From an uncultured Acidobacteriota bacterium (GTDB taxonomy: Bacteria > Acidobacteriota > Thermoanaerobaculia > UBA5066): a DNA stretch of 64,000 nt. The stretch lies in assembly GCA_963836285.1 (NCBI GenBank), contig CAWIIN010000003.1:14708-78707 (forward strand), read 5' to 3'. This document shows positions 1-9,683 of the stretch, piece by piece. The first letter of the stretch is position 1, and each line of letters opens with the position of its first letter. The position numbers and the translations under genes were made by a program. Under the pieces are notes generated by a model, which was not told the origin of the DNA, made no database searches, and worked only from the letters and a program-made list of their open reading frames with translations.

Positions 1-548
1 TCTGCTGCGTCCTCTTCGTGCCCGCCTCGATCCTGACGCTCGGGGCGGGAGCGCTCTACGGACTCGGCACGGGCACCGCGATCGTCCTCGCCGGCGCGAC
101 GCTCGGCGCGACGCTCTCCTTCCTCCTCGCGAAGTCGGCCCTCAGGAAGAGGATCGAGCGGATGACCGCGGGCAACGCGAAGTTCGCGGCTCTGGACAAG
201 GCCATCGCGAAGGAAGGGGCGAAGATCGTCTTCCTCGTCCGCCTCTCCCCCGTCTTCCCATTCACGTACATCAACTACGCGTTCGGGCTCACGGGCGTGA
301 GGACGCTTCCCTACGTTCTCGCGTCCTTCGTCGGGATGATCCCGGGGACGTTTGCGTACGTGTATCTCGGGGCCGCCGCGCGAACCGCCGCGTCCGGCGA
401 AACGGATGCGACGAAGAAGGCGCTCCAGATCGGCGGCGCGGTCGCGGCGGTCCTCGTGTCGCTGTTCGTCGCGCGCGTCGCCGCGAAGGCCATCAAGGGC
501 GCGGGCGTCGACGAGGCCAAGACCCCGCCGGCGCCCGGCGCAAGCTGA
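1..548 (+). CDS. DedA/TVP38/TMEM64 family membrane protein (5' end outside window)
   Basis: The frame is open from base 3 (CCVLFVPASILTLGAGALYG...). It has the SNARE-associated/TVP38 hydrophobic pattern VFLVRLSPVFPFTYINYAFGLT. The stop TGA is at 546-548. Confidence 0.75.
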   Translation, partial: CCVLFVPASILTLGAGALYGLGTGTAIVLAGATLGATLSFLLAKSALRKRIERMTAGNAKFAALDKAIAKEGAKIVFLVRLSPVFPFTYINYAFGLTGVRTLPYVLASFVGMIPGTFAYVYLGAAARTAASGETDATKKALQIGGAVAAVLVSLFVARVAAKAIKGAGVDEAKTPPAPGAS

Positions 549-555
549 GCGGGCT

Positions 556-1110
556 CTATGGCCTCTTCGGGGTGGGGGTCTTCGTCGGCGCGAGCTGGAT
601 CGTCCCCGGGTTCGCGTGGATCGGGGAGAGCGGCGCCGAGAGCGTGATGGCGGTCTCGGGCGAGCTGTTGTTCGCGGCGGTCGCCGTGACCTTGAACGAC
701 CCGTACGGCAGGCCCATGAACACGGCGACCCAGCCCGGGCCCGAGACCTGCTGCGCGTTCCCGGAGCCCTTGACCGGGGCGTTGCCGTGGCCCTTCGGGA
801 ACGTGCCCGCGGCGTAGTGCGCGGCGTGGTATTTCCCGCCCACGAAATTCGGCCCGCAGGACGTCGTCGGCGAGACCGGCACGCACGCCGCCCAGACGTC
901 GAGAGGGCCCGTCCAGTCGGAGCTGCCGTAGTTCACGACGAAGATCCAGTTGCCGTCCGGCCACACCTTGAACGGCGTCTGGATCCCGATGTGGCCCGCC
1001 TGCGGGGCGGCGGTCGTCTGACTCGAGGACGGCTTCTTGCTCTGGTCCGAGGCCGCCGCCGTCAGGGCGGTCCCGAGAATCAGGGCGGCGGCGAGGATGG
1101 TCTTTTTCAA
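556..1110 (-). CDS. secreted hypothetical protein (signal peptide)
   Basis: TTG start followed by the classic signal peptide MKKTILAAALILGTALTAAAS, then Gly/Pro/Trp-rich mature region. No recognisable family. Confidence 0.5.
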   Translation of the reverse strand: MKKTILAAALILGTALTAAASDQSKKPSSSQTTAAPQAGHIGIQTPFKVWPDGNWIFVVNYGSSDWTGPLDVWAACVPVSPTTSCGPNFVGGKYHAAHYAAGTFPKGHGNAPVKGSGNAQQVSGPGWVAVFMGLPYGSFKVTATAANNSSPETAITLSAPLSPIHANPGTIQLAPTKTPTPKRP

Positions 1111-1276
1111 GGTGTCTCCTTCTTTCTTGCTCTGGGTCTCACGCGCAATCTATGGATTCCCGGGCCGATCGCAAGGGTTCCCCGTGGTCCGCCCGCGCCA
1201 GAACGCGGTTCCGTGGCGCCAGGGATCCGTCCGGGGCGCCCCCTGCGCCGCCGCACGGTCCGGAACCTGACGGGGA

Positions 1277-1927
1277 TTACTTGACGCTGTCGGAGAGCAC
1301 GGAATCCGTCCGCATCGGCGCGGCGATGTGGGAGACGTCGTCGAGCACGACCGGCGTCGCGGGGGCGTTCCCGTCCCACTCGAAGGTCGACAGCGAGCCG
1401 TTCCGCTGGCGGATCTCGTCCATGCGCCCGAGCGGGCGGCCGAGGAGGAGCGTCATGAGGATGCGATTGAGCCGCCCGTGCGCCACGACGAGGGGCGCGC
1501 GGGCGCCCGTCTGCCGGAGCCGGGCAAGGAATCTTTCGGCCCGGAGCGCGGCGCCCGCGGGAGACTCCCCGCCCTCCGGCGCGAGGTCCGTCTCCCCGGC
1601 GCGCCAGCGCGCGCGCATCGTCGAGACCTCCTGCTCGAGCACCCCGTCGAACGGCCGCCCGGACCAGACACCCCAGTCGAACTCGACGAGATCCGCGTCG
1701 ATCGAGACCGACAGGCCGAGCGGCGCCGCGACGATCGCGGCCGTCTCGCGGGCGCGCGCCATTGGGCTCGACCAGACGGCGTCGATTCCCTCTTCCGCGA
1801 GGCGGATCGCGAGCGCCTCGGCCTGGCGGCGGCCGCGGCCCGAGAGAGGGGTGTCGAAGCGCGAGCCCTGCAGGGAGCCGGCAAAGTTGCCCTCGCTCTC
1901 GCCGTGCCGCGCGAGCCGGATCAGCAT
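1277..1927 (-). CDS. histidine phosphatase family protein (phosphoglycerate mutase-like)
   Basis: Internal Met start MLIRLARHGESEGN matches the RHGE catalytic-His motif of the histidine phosphatase superfamily. The longer ORF upstream of this Met has no family support. Confidence 0.7.
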   Translation of the reverse strand: MLIRLARHGESEGNFAGSLQGSRFDTPLSGRGRRQAEALAIRLAEEGIDAVWSSPMARARETAAIVAAPLGLSVSIDADLVEFDWGVWSGRPFDGVLEQEVSTMRARWRAGETDLAPEGGESPAGAALRAERFLARLRQTGARAPLVVAHGRLNRILMTLLLGRPLGRMDEIRQRNGSLSTFEWDGNAPATPVVLDDVSHIAAPMRTDSVLSDSVK

Positions 1928-1979
1928 GCTGGCGCCGGATTCTATGCCGAGGCCTCCCTCGCCTATCATCCGCCCCCGG

Positions 1980-3218
1980 ATGGCCCGCGCCGCACGCGAC
2001 TTCCCGCTCGTCTCCGCCGCGATCGACGACGAAGGGATCCGGGCGCTCTTCACGGAGCGCTTCCTCGTCGCGACGGAGATCTACGACGCGCTCGTGAACG
2101 CCGCGTGCTGGAAGCTCCTCGGCGACATCGGCGCGCGCCCGGCGCCGGGGGAAGAAAGAAAGGAAGAAGAGATTCTTGCCGAATACCCCGTGCGCACTCA
2201 CGCCGCTCTTCGATACATGTTCGAGAAGCTCGTGGACGCGGGATATTTTCTTCGAAGGTCGGGTGGCGCCTCCGCGCCGGGGATCGCCTCGACGCCCCCC
2301 GACGCATCGGCCCCTCTTCACCTTCCAGGAAATCCTTCCTTCGCCATCGCCCTCGCCGAGACCCCGGAGGCGTTGAACGGTCCCCCCTCGGTTGGGTCCC
2401 TCGCCGCCGAGCTCGCCGCGACCGAGCCGGACGCGGCCGTCGGGGCCGAGATCGTCTCGCTTCTCGCGGACGAGGGCGCCGCATTCCTGCGCGGCGAGAA
2501 GACGGGCGAGGAGATCCTGTTCTCGCCCGTGCGCCTGCCGCTCTGGATCCGGTACTTCTCGAACGCGAACATCCTCTACGCGATCAACAACACGCTCGGC
2601 GCCGAGGTGCTCACGCGCGTCCTGCCCGCGTCGGGCGCCGAGGTTCTCGAGATCGGCGGCGGGTGCGGGAGCGCGGCTGAGTCGGCCCTCGCCCGCCTGG
2701 GCCCGCGCGCGGCCCGCTGGCGCTTCACGGAGCTCGTCCCGACGTTCGCGCGGCGCGGCGAGCGCGCGGCCCGCGCGGCCGCGGCGTCCGGGACGGTCGT
2801 CGAGGCCGCGAAGCTCGACATGACGAAACCGTGGGAGGGACAGGGCGTCTCGCCCGGCGCCTTCGACGCCGTCTACTCCGTGAACTGCTTCCACGTGGCG
2901 CCCGACCTCGGCTTCGTCCTCGCCGAGGCGAAAGCGGCCCTCAAGCCGGGCGGCGTCGTCGTCGTTTCCGAGTGCGTAAAGCCGGGCGTGAACCCGCCGC
3001 CGTCCTACGTGGACTTCGTCTTCGATTTTCTCGCGAGCTTCACGGACGTGAAGATCGACCCGGTCCTGCGTCCGAACCACGGGTTCCTGTCGCCGGCCGC
3101 GTGGCGCGCGTCCTTCGCGGCCGCGGGCTTCCGCGAGGTCGAGGTCCTTCCGGATGTCGACGCCGTCGCGGCGCGCTTCCCGAAGTTCTTCGTCGGCGCG
3201 GTCGTCGCGCGGCGTTAG
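1980..3218 (+). CDS. class I SAM-dependent methyltransferase
   Basis: Start MARAARDFPL lies within the long ORF 1152..3218. The SAM-binding motif VLEIGGGCGSAAES and C-terminal methyltransferase fold residues (SVNCFHVAPD) are present. It is divergent from the phosphatase gene. Confidence 0.7.
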   Translation: MARAARDFPLVSAAIDDEGIRALFTERFLVATEIYDALVNAACWKLLGDIGARPAPGEERKEEEILAEYPVRTHAALRYMFEKLVDAGYFLRRSGGASAPGIASTPPDASAPLHLPGNPSFAIALAETPEALNGPPSVGSLAAELAATEPDAAVGAEIVSLLADEGAAFLRGEKTGEEILFSPVRLPLWIRYFSNANILYAINNTLGAEVLTRVLPASGAEVLEIGGGCGSAAESALARLGPRAARWRFTELVPTFARRGERAARAAAASGTVVEAAKLDMTKPWEGQGVSPGAFDAVYSVNCFHVAPDLGFVLAEAKAALKPGGVVVVSECVKPGVNPPPSYVDFVFDFLASFTDVKIDPVLRPNHGFLSPAAWRASFAAAGFREVEVLPDVDAVAARFPKFFVGAVVARR

Positions 3219-4636
3219 GGTCGGGCCCGGCCCGGCGCGCCCGTCTTCTTCTTCGTCTCAGCCGGGCGCAAGGAGCCGCGCTCGACGAACGTCGCGACGT
3301 CCTCGACGACCTCGCGGTCGACGTGTCCGGCCTTCTCGTACTCGTCGGGCGTTCCGGGCCCCTCTCCGGCGACGAAGAGATGATTCAGCTTCGGATAAGA
3401 CTTGAGGGTCGCCCGCTTCACGCCCTTGAGCGCCGCCTGCCAGCCCTCGAAGTCCTTCATCGTCACCTGGTAGTCCCGCCCTCCCGCGAGGACGAGGATC
3501 GGAATCGCGAGATGCAGGGCCGCCGCCGCCGGCTTCTCCTTCTTCAGCTCGAGCCAGTACGCCGGCGGCGCCCCGAAGATCGTCTCCGTCGGGGACGCGA
3601 CGGGCTTTCCGGCATAGAGGTCCGCGAGGGCGTCCGCCTCGCGGCGCAGGGACGGAGCCATCGCCTTCTGGGCCGCGCCCGCCGCGGGTCCGGAGAGCGC
3701 CGCGACCTGATCGCGGACGACCTCGGACATGGGGCGCGACGGCGCGGCGAGCAGGACGATCCCGGCCGTCTTCCCGTCCATCTCCGCGATCCGCGGCGCG
3801 AGCATCGCGCCGAGACTGTGGCCAACGACGAATACCCGCGCCGGGTCGACTCCCCGACTCCTGCGGAGAACGGCGAGCGCGGCGACGGCGTCGTCGAGCA
3901 CCTCGTCCTTGAGCGTCATGTCCCGCGTTCCGGCGAGCTCCTTCTGGAACGTCTTCGTCCTCTTCTCGTACCGCAGGACGGCGACTCCGCGCGACGCGAG
4001 ACCCTGCGCGAGGTCCTGGAAGACGCGCGTGCCGCCTACCGTCTCGTCGCGGTCGTGCGGACCGGACCCGTGGACGAGGACGACGCCGGGAAACGGCCCG
4101 TCTCCCTTCGGGACCGAGAGCGTCGCGGGCAGCGTCACGAGGCCGGACGCGACGGACGTCTCGCGCTCGGAGAAGGCCGCCGGGTTCACGTAGGCCGGGA
4201 CGCTCCATTCCGGCCGGGCCGCCGACTCCGGCGACAGGAACATCCCGGCGAGGCGCCCGTCCGGCCGCATCGTGAGGCGCAGCTCCGTTCTCTGCTTCTC
4301 GAACTCGCAGCTCGAGAACGCGAGCGTGAATTCCCCCGCCGACTGCATGCGCGGCTCGCCGCAGCCGCGCAGCGCCCCGGCGCGCTGCAGCGTGTCGGCC
4401 CAGAAGAGGCGCAGGGCCGCGTCGGGCAGAGCCGCCTTCATCGCGTCGTCGAACCGCGACTCGAGCGCCGCGAAGTCTCCGGTCTTCAGCTCGACGGCGA
4501 CCTGGCGCGCGATGTCGGCGCCGGCCGACGCGGGGAGCAGGACGACGCGCTCGGCCGTCGCGCCGCTCCCGGGAGCCTGGGCGAAGGCCGGGCACGCCAG
4601 GCCTGCGGAAACGAGGAGGGCGACCGCGGTTCTCAT
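3215..4636 (-). CDS. secreted alpha/beta-fold hydrolase (dienelactone hydrolase/S9-like)
   Basis: Start at MRTAVALLVSAGLACPAFAQAP (signal peptide). GHSLGA nucleophile elbow (G-x-S-x-G) and HG oxyanion region VVLVHGSGPHDRDE are present. The ORF upstream of this Met has no family support. Confidence 0.7.
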   Translation of the reverse strand: MRTAVALLVSAGLACPAFAQAPGSGATAERVVLLPASAGADIARQVAVELKTGDFAALESRFDDAMKAALPDAALRLFWADTLQRAGALRGCGEPRMQSAGEFTLAFSSCEFEKQRTELRLTMRPDGRLAGMFLSPESAARPEWSVPAYVNPAAFSERETSVASGLVTLPATLSVPKGDGPFPGVVLVHGSGPHDRDETVGGTRVFQDLAQGLASRGVAVLRYEKRTKTFQKELAGTRDMTLKDEVLDDAVAALAVLRRSRGVDPARVFVVGHSLGAMLAPRIAEMDGKTAGIVLLAAPSRPMSEVVRDQVAALSGPAAGAAQKAMAPSLRREADALADLYAGKPVASPTETIFGAPPAYWLELKKEKPAAAALHLAIPILVLAGGRDYQVTMKDFEGWQAALKGVKRATLKSYPKLNHLFVAGEGPGTPDEYEKAGHVDREVVEDVATFVERGSLRPAETKKKTGAPGRARP

Positions 4637-4745
4637 CGAAAAACGTCGCGGGGGCGCCGCCGTTCGTCCGAACGCGCCGTCCGCGACATGAATCAGTTTA
4701 CTCATGGAGCGCCCCCGAATCCTTCTGATACTGTCCCCGGTCGCC

Positions 4746-5912
4746 ATGAAAATCCACGAATACCAAGCGAAAGAAGTTCTCCGCGGGTTCGGCGTCGCCA
4801 CGCCCCGCGGGCGTGTCACGGACTCGCCGGAGGAGGCGGGCCGGATCGCGAAGGAATTTGGCGGGCGCGCCGTCGTCAAGGCGCAGATCCACGCGGGCGG
4901 CCGCGGCAAGGGCGGCGGCGTCAAGCTCGCGAAAAGCCCGGAGGAGGCCGAGGCCCTCGCCCGCAAGATCCTCGGCATGCAGCTCGTGACGCACCAGACG
5001 GGTCCGCACGGGCAGAAGGTCAAGAAGATCCTCGTCGAGGAGGCGCTCGACATCGCGCAGGAGCTCTATCTCGGGATCACGCTCGACCGCGCGATCGGCC
5101 GGCCCGTCATGATGGTGTCGCGGCAGGGCGGCATGGAGATCGAGGTCGTCGCCGCGAAGGACCCCGATGCGATCGTCAAGGAGCCGTTCGAGCCGTCCTG
5201 GGGCCTGCAGCCCTACCAGGCGCGCAAGCTCGCCGACGCGCTCGGCCTCAAGGGCGAGACGCACAAGAAGGCCGTCGGCTTCCTGATCGCGCTCGCGAAG
5301 GCGTACGTCGCGACCGACGCGTCGCTCGCCGAGATCAACCCTCTCCTCGTCACGGGGACGGGCGACGTCATCGCGCTCGACGCGAAGATGAACTTCGACG
5401 ACAACGCGCTCTTCCGCCACACGGCGATCCGCGAGTACCGCGACCTCGACGAGGAGGACCCGCTCGAGGTCGACGCGTCGAAGTTCGGCCTGAACTACAT
5501 CAAGCTCGACGGCAACGTCGGCTGCATGGTGAACGGCGCCGGCCTCGCGATGGCGACGATGGACATCATCCAGTACGCGGGCGGCAAGCCCGCGAACTTC
5601 CTGGACGTCGGCGGCGGCGCGAACGAGGAGCAGGTCAAGAACGCGATGCGGATCATCCTGTCCGACGCGAACGTGAAGGCAGTCCTCATCAACATCTTCG
5701 GCGGCATCATGCGGTGCGACATCATCGCGACCGGCGTCGTGAACGCCGTCAAGGAGATCGGCATCAAAGTCCCCGTCGTCGTGCGCCTCGAGGGCACGAA
5801 CGTCGAGGAGGGCAAGGCGATCCTCAAGAGTTCCGGCCTCGCGGTCATCCCCGCCGACGGCATGAAGGACGCGGCCGAGAAGGTCATCGCGTCGCTCGGA
5901 AAGGCGGCCTGA
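4746..5912 (+). CDS. sucC: succinyl-CoA synthetase (ADP-forming) beta subunit
   Basis: [17 protein letters not shown]... shows the canonical SucC N-terminus and ATP-grasp motifs. The gene ends 1 nt before sucD. Confidence 0.95.
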   Translation: MKIHEYQAKEVLRGFGVATPRGRVTDSPEEAGRIAKEFGGRAVVKAQIHAGGRGKGGGVKLAKSPEEAEALARKILGMQLVTHQTGPHGQKVKKILVEEALDIAQELYLGITLDRAIGRPVMMVSRQGGMEIEVVAAKDPDAIVKEPFEPSWGLQPYQARKLADALGLKGETHKKAVGFLIALAKAYVATDASLAEINPLLVTGTGDVIALDAKMNFDDNALFRHTAIREYRDLDEEDPLEVDASKFGLNYIKLDGNVGCMVNGAGLAMATMDIIQYAGGKPANFLDVGGGANEEQVKNAMRIILSDANVKAVLINIFGGIMRCDIIATGVVNAVKEIGIKVPVVVRLEGTNVEEGKAILKSSGLAVIPADGMKDAAEKVIASLGKAA

Positions 5913-5913
5913 C

Positions 5914-6795
5914 ATGGCGGACCAGAACTGGATCTCGAAGGACACGAAGCTCGTCGTGCAAGGCCTCACGGGTCGCGAGGGCCGATTCCACGCCCTCGCG
6001 AGCCGCGACTACGGCACGCAGGTCGTCGCGGGCGTCACGCCCGGCAAGGGCGGCACGGCCGTGGACGGCATCCCCGTGTTCGACTCCGTGGCCGCCGCCG
6101 TGAAGGCGACGGGCGCGAACGCCTCGATGGTGTTCGTGCCGCCGTCGGCCTGCGCGGACGCGATCATGGAGGCGGCCGACGCGGGCGTCGCGCTCATCGT
6201 CGCGATCACGGAGGGCGTGCCCGTGAACGACATGATCAAGGCGAAGGAGTACCTCGCGAGGGGCACGTCCCGCCTGATCGGGCCGAACTGTCCCGGCATC
6301 ATCCGCCCCTCCGCGAAGGTGAAGATCGGCATCATGCCCGCGCGCATCCACAAGGCCGGCTTCGTCGGCGTCGTCTCGCGCTCGGGGACGCTCACGTACG
6401 AGGCCGTCGGCCAGACGACCACGCTCGGGTTCGGGCAATCCACGTGCATCGGCATCGGCGGCGACCCGATCAACGGCACGAACTTCATCGACACCCTGAC
6501 GCTCTTCCGCGACGACCCCGAGACGCAGGCCGTCATCATGATCGGCGAGATCGGCGGAAGCGCCGAGGAAGAGGCCGCGGCCTGGATCAAGGCGAACCTG
6601 AAGAAGCCGGTCGTCTCGTTCATCGCGGGCCGCACGGCCCCTCCCGGGCGCCGCATGGGCCACGCGGGCGCGATCATCTCGGGCGGCAAGGGAACCGCCG
6701 CCGAGAAGGTCGATGCGCTCCGCGCGGCGGGCGTCCACGTCGCGGACTCCCCGGCCCTGATGGGCGAGACGCTGAAGAAGGCGCTCGGGAAGTAG
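5914..6795 (+). CDS. sucD: succinyl-CoA synthetase alpha subunit
   Basis: [23 protein letters not shown]... with the CoA-binding motif and phospho-His loop (SRSGTLTYE). It follows sucC directly. Confidence 0.95.
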   Translation: MADQNWISKDTKLVVQGLTGREGRFHALASRDYGTQVVAGVTPGKGGTAVDGIPVFDSVAAAVKATGANASMVFVPPSACADAIMEAADAGVALIVAITEGVPVNDMIKAKEYLARGTSRLIGPNCPGIIRPSAKVKIGIMPARIHKAGFVGVVSRSGTLTYEAVGQTTTLGFGQSTCIGIGGDPINGTNFIDTLTLFRDDPETQAVIMIGEIGGSAEEEAAAWIKANLKKPVVSFIAGRTAPPGRRMGHAGAIISGGKGTAAEKVDALRAAGVHVADSPALMGETLKKALGK

Positions 6796-6898
6796 GCCCG
6801 GCGAACGGTCCGCGAGGCGGCCGCTCCGCTCGAGGTGCGCATCCCGGAATGTGGCCTCAAATCTGATATGCTTGTGACCTCATGGGGGTGGCGTCGAG

Positions 6899-7171
6899 AT
6901 GACACGCGTCGGAGTCCGGGCCCTCAAGGGGCGTTTGAGCGAGTACCTGAGGCGCGCCGGTGAAGGAGAGCGGATCGTCGTGACGGATCGGGGCGAGCCT
7001 CTCGCCGCGTTGACGCCGATCGAGGAAACCGACGAGGCGCTCTGGGGATGGGAGCTCGTCCGGGAGAGAGCCGCGAGCTGGGGCGGCGGCAAGCCCCTCG
7101 GAAGCGCGCATGCGCCGGTCGCGAAGGGCAAGAAGTCGACGTCGGACATCGTTGTCGAGGACCGGCGTTGA
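6899..7171 (+). CDS. type II antitoxin, Phd/YefM family
   Basis: MTRVGVRALKGRLSEYLRRAGEGERIVVTDRGEPLAALTP matches the Phd/YefM N-terminal fold. Its stop overlaps the downstream PIN toxin start (TTGA). Confidence 0.75.
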   Translation: MTRVGVRALKGRLSEYLRRAGEGERIVVTDRGEPLAALTPIEETDEALWGWELVRERAASWGGGKPLGSAHAPVAKGKKSTSDIVVEDRR

Positions 7172-7596
7172 TCGCGTATCTCGACACGAGCAGCCTCGTC
7201 AAGCTCTACGTCGAGGAGGAGGGCTCACCCACCGTCCGGGGGCTCGTCGAGCGCGCCGGCCTCGTCGCGACCTCCGTCGTGGCGTACCCCGAGGCGCGGG
7301 CGGCGCTCGCGCGGCAGCGGCGGGACGGCGGGCTCACGGGCGCCGGCTACGGCCGGGCCCGGACCGACTTCGAGCGGGACTGGCCGCGGTATCTCGCGAT
7401 CGAGGTCGCCGAAGAGGTCTACCGGGCCGCCGGAGACCTCGCCGAGAAGCACCGGCTTCGTGGCTTCGACAGCATCCACCTCGCGTCCTATCTCTCGCTC
7501 GCCCGGGAGAGTTCCCGCGAGGTCCGGTTTTCGGCGTTCGACGCGGCGCTCAACCGGGCCGCGAGGCGGGAGGCGAAGGAACGGCGAACCCGGTAA
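7168..7596 (+). CDS. vapC: type II toxin, VapC (PIN domain)
   Basis: TTG start in frame, 4-nt overlap with the antitoxin stop. IAYLDTSSLVKLYVEEEG carries the PIN acidic residue, and FDSIHLASYL is the conserved C-terminal D. Confidence 0.75.
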   Translation: MIAYLDTSSLVKLYVEEEGSPTVRGLVERAGLVATSVVAYPEARAALARQRRDGGLTGAGYGRARTDFERDWPRYLAIEVAEEVYRAAGDLAEKHRLRGFDSIHLASYLSLARESSREVRFSAFDAALNRAARREAKERRTR

Positions 7597-7609
7597 CGCT
7601 CGTCGGGCC

Positions 7610-8017
7610 TCAGCCGCGGGCCACGAATTCCTCGGGAGAGAGCACGCGGCCGGGGAAAACTCTGGCGAGCTTGCGGTCGGTGCTCACGAGCGGCTTTCCG
7701 AGACGCTCCGCCGTGAACACGAACTCGGCGTCGTAGGCGGAGATTCTTCCTTTCTCCGCCAGCCTCAGGCACGCTTCAGTCTCCTCTTCCAGGCCCGTGT
7801 CCGTCACGAGGCGATCGGCTTCTCCGAAAGCATCGAGGGCGCCGGAGAGATCCAACTTGCCCGCGCGCATCGTCGTGACCAGGGCGTTGCGAAGCTCGGA
7901 CCGCCAAAGGCGCGGCGCGACCCACTGCGGGTCGAAATCCAGAACGGCGAGCGCGGCCTCCGTTCGCGCGCCGGGCACGACGGCATAGGCGATCAGGTTC
8001 GTGTCGACGACGATCAC
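7610..8017 (-). CDS. vapC: type II toxin, VapC (PIN domain), second module
   Basis: GTG start makes a GTGA overlap with the upstream antitoxin stop. VIVVDTNLIAYAVVPG is the PIN N-terminal D motif. The longer ORF 7610..8317 is rejected upstream of this point. Confidence 0.7.
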   Translation of the reverse strand: MIVVDTNLIAYAVVPGARTEAALAVLDFDPQWVAPRLWRSELRNALVTTMRAGKLDLSGALDAFGEADRLVTDTGLEEETEACLRLAEKGRISAYDAEFVFTAERLGKPLVSTDRKLARVFPGRVLSPEEFVARG

Positions 8018-8259
8018 GGTCGCCCTTCCCGCTTCGCTCGGTCGATCAGCGCGGCCGTCATGATCGGTCGGGAGCCGAGCCGTTTGTGGAGGCGCCGGAG
8101 GTCGGCGATGACCTCCTCCGAGGAGCGCTTCCGACGCCCGATCGTGCCTTCGAGGCGGGAGAGCGCTTCCTGATTCAGGCTCCGCCGGTTCTCCTTCGCT
8201 TCTTCCTTGAGCCGATCCACGAGCTCCTCGGGAACGTTCTTCAGGGTGAGAGTCGCCAT
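8014..8259 (-). CDS. vapB: type II antitoxin, VapB (ribbon-helix-helix/FitA-like)
   Basis: MATLTLKNVPEELVDRLKEEAKENRRSLNQEALSRLE is the typical RHH antitoxin sequence. GGAGG lies 5-9 nt upstream of the ATG at 8259. The alternative ATG is at 8274. Confidence 0.75.
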   Translation of the reverse strand: MATLTLKNVPEELVDRLKEEAKENRRSLNQEALSRLEGTIGRRKRSSEEVIADLRRLHKRLGSRPIMTAALIDRAKREGRP

Positions 8260-8272
8260 CGCCGCCTCCGAC

Positions 8273-8298
8273 ATCCATTATGGATCCGTTTTGGATCC
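8273..8298. promoter_or_regulatory. putative VapB operator: 13-bp perfect palindrome ATCCATTATGGAT followed by GGATCC-N5-GGATCC
   Basis: It is located 14-40 nt upstream of the vapB ATG (8259) on the minus strand and overlaps the expected -10 region. Type II antitoxins usually autoregulate through such inverted repeats. Confidence 0.5.
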
Positions 8299-8384
8299 CG
8301 TGGAAGAAGGGCGACATGGCCCTGATTCATGCTCACCATGGCAGCAGGCCGCCTTCGAACGAATTCTTCCTTGAAGGAGAACGA

Positions 8385-8687
8385 ATGCGGCGCCCTAGAT
8401 TCGCAGCACCGCTCGTGCTTTCCGCGCTGCTCGCGGCCTGCGCGCACCAGAACGCGCCCGTACCCGCTCCCACCCCAACTCCAGCCGCCGCACCCTCGAC
8501 GGCATCCGACCACCCTCGCGAGGGGAACGTCGCCGTCGAGTTCCTCGCCGGCCCGGTTCCGCACGAGGAAAAGATCGATGAACCCGCTCCGACTCGCCGG
8601 AGCGCCCGATTGCCGCAACGCGCCGCGTGCCGAGCTATCTCGACTTCGCGTTCCGTTTCAGCGTCGTGGACGGGAACGGCGTCGTGA
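8385..8687 (+). CDS. putative lipoprotein (hypothetical)
   Basis: Strong SD AAGGAG 6 nt upstream of the ATG. Lipoprotein signal MRRPRFAAPLVLSALLAAC (lipobox LAAC) followed by a Pro/Thr/Ala-rich linker. No family assignment. Confidence 0.4.
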   Translation: MRRPRFAAPLVLSALLAACAHQNAPVPAPTPTPAAAPSTASDHPREGNVAVEFLAGPVPHEEKIDEPAPTRRSARLPQRAACRAISTSRSVSASWTGTAS

Positions 8688-8796
8688 CGGTCGGCGGGGA
8701 GAAGCCTGTCGCTGCGCCGTCGACACCGCCGGAGCGCGTCCGGTAGCCTCTGCTCGCCGTGGGCCAGATGGGCTGGCCGGCACTACCTTGAAGAGA

Positions 8797-9671
8797 ATGG
8801 GCGTCTCCCTTCGGATTTCCCTTCTCGCCGCTGCGGTCGCGTCGTTCGCGCCCGGCGCACGCGCGCAGGACCGCCTGCCGCTCCCCGCCTCACCGGCCCC
8901 TGTGCCGTTCGTCCCGGCGCGGGTGCCCGGGCGCGTGCCATCCCCCGCTTCCGTGATGTGGGTCGGCGCTCATCCCGACGACGAGGTTCTCCTCGCACCT
9001 CTTCTCGCGAGGAGGCACGGCCCGCGTTCGCCGCGCTTTCCCGATCGTAACGCGCGGCGCGCGGGCCGTGCGGCACCAGCCTTCCAGACGGCTGCCTCCC
9101 GGACCTCGCGTCCGTCCGTGGCGGCGAAGCGGCCTCCTCGGCAGAGTCCTTCGGCTCGGACCTGATCCTCCTGTCGCTGCCGGACGGCGGCGGGGTCACG
9201 CCGCCGCCGTGGGCGCCCGGCGCCGGGGGCAGCCCGGGCCTCGCCGGGACGCTCGCGGCGTTCATCCGGGCCGAGGCGCCCGAGATCGTCCTCACGTTCG
9301 ACCCGCGCCACGGGACGACGTGCCATCCGGACCACCGCGCGATCGGCGCGCTCGCCCTCGAGGCCGTCGGGCTCCTGGACGCGCCGCCCGCGGTCTATCT
9401 CCTCGAGTCACGCGTCACGATCGACCCGGACGCGGTCGCGTTCCGTTTCGCCTCCGCGGCGCCGGGCCTGATCCGCTTCGACGCGACGGAGCCGCTCGCC
9501 GCCACGGGGCTGCCGGCCTGGAGCGCCATCGGAGCGGACATGGAGCGTTACCCGAGCCAGTTCGACGCCGCGTGGAGGAACGCCGTCGGGCGCGTGCCCG
9601 AAGGCGACCGGAACGTCTTCCTCGCGCCCGCGTCGACGATCCTCGGGGCCACCGTATCGGCGTGCCCGTAG
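8797..9671 (+). pseudogene. PIG-L/LmbE family N-acetylglucosaminyl deacetylase, disrupted by two frameshifts
   Basis: The N-terminus in frame 1 reads MGVSL...VMWVGAHPDDEVLLAPLLARRHG (LmbE AHPDDE motif). A middle piece, ARVRRAFPIVTRGA, sits in frame 2. The C-terminus in frame 0 reads LASVRGGEAASSAESFGSDLILLSLPDGGG...TFDPRHGTTCHPDHRAIG (conserved HPDH). The stop is at 9669-9671. The two shifts fall within about 9030-9070. Confidence 0.6.
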
Positions 9672-9683
9672 CGGAACCGGAAC

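Noticed and set aside
4684-4692. Third partial copy (ATGAATCAG) of the GCAGATGAATCAGGG motif between the hydrolase and sucC
   Set aside because: Only 9 nt are shared, which is within chance. There is no adjacent small-Cys gene.
4704-4745. Upstream ATG ([14 protein letters not shown]) as the sucC start
   Set aside because: The SucC family N-terminus is [10 protein letters not shown]. The 14-aa extension is not conserved, and its sequence mirrors the opposite-strand hydrolase leader.
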